DNA of 43,126 nucleotides from Octopus bimaculoides (taxonomy: Eukaryota), in the NCBI RefSeq assembly GCF_001194135.2, contig NC_068993.1, forward strand, positions 13,850,361 through 13,893,486, given 5' to 3'. The first letter of the stretch is position 1. The number at the start of each line of letters is the position of its first letter. The notes under the pieces were generated by a model. It did no database searches, had not been told where the DNA came from, and saw only the letters and a list, made by a program, of their open reading frames with translations. Made by a program: the position numbers and the translations under genes. Below, one piece after another: positions 37,174-43,126 of the stretch.

Positions 37174-38530
37174 CAAATTTCTTAGGATAAATGTGGATAT
37201 TGTATTTTCCTTTTGTTTTTATTGTCGTTCTCATAAACACAATTTAGAATTATCTCACCAGGTCAGAAGTAAATGTATAATCACTTGAGAACATATGTGA
37301 ACGTAGCATGTCACTCCTTCTCATAAGAAATCTTAACACAACAAAGGATTGAAATCGCTGGTTTTCTGTTATCTTCGGTATGAAAGAAATCTTAATGTTG
37401 TAATATGGCTGTACTATACAATAAAGATGTGAAAGAAATTTCATTTCTTAACACGGAACAAAAGTTATATACAATAGGGTAGAATTTTTTGTAATGGTTA
37501 TTAAAATTCGTATCCCCTCTGCATAAAACCACGGAGACTGGAAAAAAGCATCGCAAATACGTGGACCGAGTGGGTTCATGAAACGACTGGGAAATTTGAA
37601 TATATATTTGTGAAAGAGTATGTTCAGTAAAGAATGCAATTATGACATATTTATGTCACATGGAGTTTCGGAGGAATAGTTGCAAACGAAATAGATATTT
37701 ACCGGAGTATTTTGAATATAGATTCTATCTTAATATCATTTCATTTTATAAAATACATCTATATGTCTAACATGTAGTGTTCAGTACCATTGTTTGAATT
37801 TTTACAGAAGTTGAATTCATATAGGTGGTGTATCAAATGAAATATTAAAAGGTTTTTATTTTAAAATGATCTTAGAAGAAATAATACTTTATTATTTATT
37901 CCTTTTTTTCCTATTTTAAAAATACTTTCGGTGTTTTATTTATCTTAATTTCAAGTCTAGACTTTTAAGATTTGCATCTCTACAATAGAAATGTCAATTC
38001 ATACAACACAACATAAACGTAATCAGATTCCAGGTCAACCATAATAACATTAAATCGAAATATAAAATTTAAAAACAAAATATAAACGAACAATTCACAT
38101 AAACAATGTTAGTAAACAAAAACACAAACGTGAAGAAGACGAATAGAAGTACGTGATACAGTAAAATTATTATATCGATCCATGGATGGTGAGAGTTTAA
38201 CATAGTCACGTTAAGCAAATTTATTTGATAACGAATGCAGTGTATTGATTTTCTTTCGTTTTGATGGACTTAACTCGTTTTAACCGATTTTTATCTTAGC
38301 TAACATTCTTTCAAAAAAGAAGGCAATGCAGAGTTATGTTTCTTGGATATGTAGACAGCGCAGTGCCAGCTACCGAATATGGAACATCGATTGTTTTGAT
38401 AAAAGTCTCAGATATGGTCTGCTAGGAAACTGACCGTATGCCGCTTCCATCGTTTTACTCTCTGATTACAGATATACATAAATACATATCGACATACATC
38501 TAGGCATCCCGCCTCATATATATATACATA

Positions 38531-38803
38531 AGGGTCCCAGCTGATTCGATCAACGGAACAGCCTGCTCGTGAAATTAACATGCCAATGGTTGAGCATTCC
38601 ACAGACACTTGTACCCATAATGCAATTCTCAAGGAGAATCAGCATGACACAGGGTGTGACAAGGATGGCCCTTTGAAATACAGGTACAGCAGAAACAAAA
38701 AGAAAGACTGAGAGAAAATTGTGATGACAGAGTACAGCAGGGTTCGCCGCCACCCCCTGCCGGAGCACCGTGGAGCGTTGAGCTTTAGGTGTTTTCGCTA
38801 TAA
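38531..38803 (-). mobile_element. SINE family C, body only (tRNA head absent)
   Basis: Colinear with about 8729-8995: gatcaacggaacagcctgctc..gaaattaac..gtgtgacaagg..agcagggttcgcc..ctgccggagc..gctttaggtg. Confidence 0.9.
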
Positions 38804-39454
38804 AGCTGCAATAATGTTGCAAACATTTTGGCAAAGGGAATAAGTTGAACATTCAGTTTGGTCGAGTGCTCGTGAATCATTTGCTACTTTTTTTGTTGAA
38901 TGGACAGCAAGGCCTGCTTACCTATGTGCCACAAAACCACACTAAAAAGTAAGGTTTCCATCTAGTAGAGCAGCATTTTGCCAGAGTTCCTTCATGCTTG
39001 CAGGCAGGAAGTGTGTCCTGATGCTGGAGTCGACTTTGCTCAAATCTTTGACCTGAGAAGAAGCCAGACTGGTTCCAAGTCCTAAGTTTTGATGCTTCGT
39101 TTTCTCAGGATGAAAAGGGAATTTTGCATCACTTCAAACTGTCTTTTTTTTTTAATTCGTATGTATGTGTATCGCTACGTGTAAGTGTGTGGAGAGAGTG
39201 AGAGAGAGATATGTACGTCGATTGTTCATATGCAAATTATTCGAATTAACTTAACCCTTTGATGAAGTGAATTTAAAAGTCGAGAGGTGATAAGTTCATT
39301 TGTTAACGAGCCCCGAAAAATTCAATGCCTTTAGTCTCACATATATTGTAACTAAACATTTGTGACAATTTCACTCAAGAGATTGCTCATACGGTACATA
39401 TGCAATACGTACCTATTTGAATGCAAATAAATAAAACATAGGGCGTATAAATGG

Positions 39455-39598
39455 CTAGGCGAGCAGGATAACATTCTACCCTGATCGAAAGCAGGTCTGC
39501 AGTGACGTTAAATGAAGTGTTTTGCCCAAGACCACAGCGAGCCGCCCAGTTACGGAATCCAACCCACTATCTAGTGATTGTGAGTGCACTTCCTATAT
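39455..39598 (-). mobile_element. tRNA-derived SINE fragment with a CORE-like motif
   Basis: Minus strand has GGGTTGGATTCC (B-box-like) followed by gtggtcttgggcaaaacacttcattt, which resembles the CCTTGGGCAAG.CACTT motif of CORE-SINEs. Confidence 0.6.
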
Positions 39599-40211
39599 CA
39601 ACATGTCTATCATTTTGGCCACGTCGTCGCTTGCTACTCTGAACTTCGCCTTTGGGTGCTCAGAATATTCACGGGAACTATAGCTGAAATTAATGAGATT
39701 TTCACATCAATATATAGGTTTCCTGTCATAGCGTGTGATGGTAGAGAGAAAATATGGTAATGGCGGAATAGAAAAAAAAAGAGAAAAAGACGGGAGTAAA
39801 ATAAAGAGATGTAGAAAAAGAAAGTAAGGAAAAGAAGAAAAGGGAACAGATGTTAAGAAATAAGGAGAAATAGAAGAAACAATGAATAAGAAACCGATAA
39901 TAATACGACGAAATGAAGAGAAAATGTTGATTGGTAACGAAGAAGTAAGGGAACAAGGATTAGAATGGCCAAAGAATGCAATGGAAAGAATTCAATAGAA
40001 AAATATCAGATAAGCAGATAAATTAAGTTCGGAAATATTGATATTTAAAGGTAAAAACGGATGAAGAAATAAATCAAATTATCGACATGACTGTTAAAAT
40101 ACATAACAGCAATGGTGCTTATTTAAAGGAATGGTAAAATGAGGTGGGACTGACTGTGGTAAATGTGAATAAATGAATAAAATGAATAATATGCAATATA
40201 TATCGTAATGC

Positions 40212-40279
40212 AAAATAATATAATATAATATAATATAATATAATATAATATAATATAATATTATATATATATATATATA
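40212..40279. repeat. (ATAAT)n pentanucleotide then (TA)n
   Basis: Read directly. Confidence 0.95.
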
Positions 40280-41189
40280 NNNNNNNNNNNNNNNNNNNNN
40301 NNNNNNNNNNNNNNNNNNNNNNNNNNNNNNNNNNNNNNNNNNNNNNNNNNNNNNNNNNNNNNNNNNNNNNNNNNNNNNNNNNNNNNNNNNNNNNNNNNNN
40401 NNNNNNNNNNNNNNNNNNNNNNNNNNNNNNNNNNNNNNNNNNNNNNNNNNNNNNNNNNNNNNNNNNNNNNNNNNNNNNNNNNNNNNNNNNNNNNNNNNNN
40501 NNNNNNNNNNNNNNNNNNNNNNNNNNNNNNNNNNNNNNNNNNNNNNNNNNNNNNNNNNNNNNNNNNNNNNNNNNNNNNNNNNNNNNNNNNNNNNNNNNNN
40601 NNNNNNNNNNNNNNNNNNNNNNNNNNNNNNNNNNNNNNNNNNNNNNNNNNNNNNNNNNNNNNNNNNNNNNNNNNNNNNNNNNNNNNNNNNNNNNNNNNNN
40701 NNNNNNNNNNNNNNNNNNNNNNNNNNNNNNNNNNNNNNNNNNNNNNNNNNNNNNNNNNNNNNNNNNNNNNNNNNNNNNNNNNNNNNNNNNNNNNNNNNNN
40801 NNNNNNNNNNNNNNNNNNNNNNNNNNNNNNNNNNNNNNNNNNNNNNNNNNNNTATATATATATATATATATATATATGCATATATATATGTAAACTGCTC
40901 TTCAAAACTATAAAGCTGGATCATTGACCGCTCTATATGGCGAACTCTACTACCGCAATATTCATGAAACTCACCTCTTTATAGGAAATGGAATAGAAGA
41001 AGGCATTTCAAATTTATTGAAATCCAAAAATAAAGTAGATAATAATTCGAAACAACATACAGAGCCAAAAGCCTTCTGTTCAAAACTATAACACCAGTTT
41101 GAGTAATGTTGCAAAAAGTATGCAAAACAAAGAAATTATGATATATCTTAATGATATTCTTATTCAATACATCAGCAATAGTGTGTCTC

Positions 41190-41640
41190 ACCACCACCTT
41201 TCTGGAATTACTTCAAAGGCACGCGATTTCATGCACCCAATCAGCTTCTGCAGCAGATCAATTGGAAGTTCTTTGGCCTTCTTGCCGTTTCAAGTCGGTC
41301 AACAGATGAATACTACTTACATTTGCTTTAAACAACAGAGGTAATGTATCCTCAGGAATTCTATACATGTTTGAGGTCGGGAAATCTTGCTGGACACGAC
41401 ATGAGTTCAACTCCAATTGCATGGATTGAGGGTTGCCTTTGTTTTATGAATAGGAACATTGTTCTGTTGAATAGCGAAATCGGTATCTGAAAGATGACAG
41501 GAGCATCGTGAGAGAGGCATGTCTCTCATGGCAGTTCGCTGCGTCTGCCTTTCCACTCTCTCTTTTGATGAGACGAAATGATCACCGGGAAAAGCATACT
41601 TCCACCAGCCTATTTAGAAGAGCTACGAAATGACACGCTG
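41190..41640 (-). mobile_element. Decayed Tc1-family transposase C-terminal fragment
   Basis: Fragments AGGSML (cf. GGGSVM), IQQNNVPIHKTK (cf. FQQDNAP.H), ELMSCPARFPDLKHV (cf. WP..SPDLNPIE) and LPIDLLQKLIGCMKSRAFEVI. Multiple frameshifts. Confidence 0.8.
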
Positions 41641-42149
41641 TATTTACACCTCTTTGTACACACTAAAAAAATTATCCACGAAAATAAAATGAATGGTTTT
41701 CTTACGGTTTAGAATATGCCTCCTAAGGCGTAACTGAAATGCTAACAAGATTGTGCGTCCCCTCTCTNNNNNNNNNNNNNNNNNNNNNNNNNNNNNNNNN
41801 NNNNNNNNNNNNNNNNNNNNNNNNNNNNNNNNNNNNNNNNNNNNNNNNNNNNNNNNNNNNNNNNNNNNNNNNNNNNNNNNNNNNNNNNNNNNNNNNNNNN
41901 NNNNNNNNNNNNNNNNNNNNNNNNNNNNNNNNNNNNNNNNNNNNNNNNNNNNNNNNNNNNNNNNNNNNNNNNNNNNNNNNNNNNNNNNNNNNNNNNNNNN
42001 NNNNNNNNNNNNNNNNNNNNNNNNNNNNNNNNNNNNNNNNNNNNNNNNNNNNNNNNNNNNNNNNNNNNNNNNNNNNNNNNNNNNNNNNNNNNNNNNNNNN
42101 NNNNNNNNNNNNNNNNNNNNNNNNNNNNATATATATATATATATATATA

Positions 42150-43126
42150 TAAGGTTGTTTCTCATGAAATGTCGCTTTTGTAATTACCTGTTATTACAAT
42201 CATTTAAAGTTCAGTTATATATACCTTGCATTTAATCTTGACTGTTTTTTTCCCAAAAATATTGGTATACAAAATTCGTACCCACAGACCTTATGAAAAT
42301 AGCAGCTAAACTATGTTGAGCGATTTTCTCGTATGAGTACAAATTGGGTCGTTCTGCTGCAGAAGCTCAACGGAATATCACGCGGGACATTGGTAATGGT
42401 TTTGTTGACATCAGAACTTTTCATAGAGGGTTCCAAAGCTCTCGTTGAGGAGATGGTAGCTTTGAAAATAAAACAAGGGGTAGGCCAAAATCAGGTATTC
42501 GGCATGAGGGATTAAATGCTTTGGTTGAACAAAATCCGAGAACATTGGTTCGTAAACGTTTATCAGAACTCCAAACATTTCACACAGCCATTTCTGGAAA
42601 CATGTAAATAATTGGAAAAGTGAAGAAAATGGATAGGTGTGTTCCACATTCACTGAACAAGATTCAATAAAACAGACACATCGAGGTGTGCTCCTGCAAT
42701 GCTTTCTCGACTGGAAAAGACCATTTTTGCATCTAATCATGACTTGTGATGAGAAATGGATACTCTTTGACAACAACAGGAGAACAAGACTATGATTAGA
42801 AGCAGGAGAGTCACCTAAACACCACCCAAACCCATAACTGCACCCTAAAACGTTAGTTGTCACTGTATGGTGGACTGCGAAGGGAGTTATTCATTATTCA
42901 TTTTTGCAACAGGGAAAAATGGTAACAACAACATCGTATTGCCAGGAAATTGATTGAATGCATGAAAATTTGAAAAAAGAAGCAACTCAGACACTCCTCA
43001 AGCTACAGTCAAAAAGTTGTGAAGCTTGAATTATGAGATTTTGCATCATCCTCCCAATTCACCTGATATCTCTCCTACTGTTCATCACTTATTTAAGCAT
43101 TTGGAGCTTAAATAAGACGTTTCATG
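42150..43126 (+). mobile_element. Decayed mariner element with internal deletions; right TIR cut by the window edge
   Basis: Fragments AIFSYEYKLGRSAAEAQRNI, GRPK, RCVPHSL (cf. WVPHEL), IMTCDEKWILFDN, TVWWTAKGVIHYSFL and LHHPPNSPDISP (cf. YSPDLAP). Left TIR-like taaggttgtttctcatgaaatgtcgctttt; the reverse complement of 43110-43126 matches 42163-42179 at 13 of 17 positions. Confidence 0.92.

Overview
AT-rich, microsatellite-dense, gap-containing animal genomic DNA (10 N-runs). The SINE families and repeat landscape look like a coleoid cephalopod, most likely Octopus; this is pattern recognition from memory, not a database search. I recognise no intact protein-coding gene, and nearly all long entries in the ORF track are artefacts of microsatellites or N-runs. 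The window is intronic or intergenic and filled with decayed mobile elements: tRNA-derived SINEs of about four families, two CR1-type LINE 3' fragments, an RLE-type non-LTR fragment, an internally deleted Tc1 with intact TIRs, a Tc1 C-terminal fragment, a mariner relic and a pogo/Tigger-like MITE. The most interesting signal is a set of four minimal type-I hammerhead-ribozyme-like motifs in three unrelated flanking contexts (15194-15233, 19980-20025, 20776-20821, 33157-33192). Two of them lie in inverted pseudo-LTRs of a Penelope-like (GIY-YIG) element whose 3' terminus reads tRNA-like A-box head, then (AAT)n/(AAC)n, then hammerhead. Each hammerhead copy carries at least one core change, so activity is unproven. 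A few minus-strand exon candidates and a tandem CRE pair are reported at low confidence.
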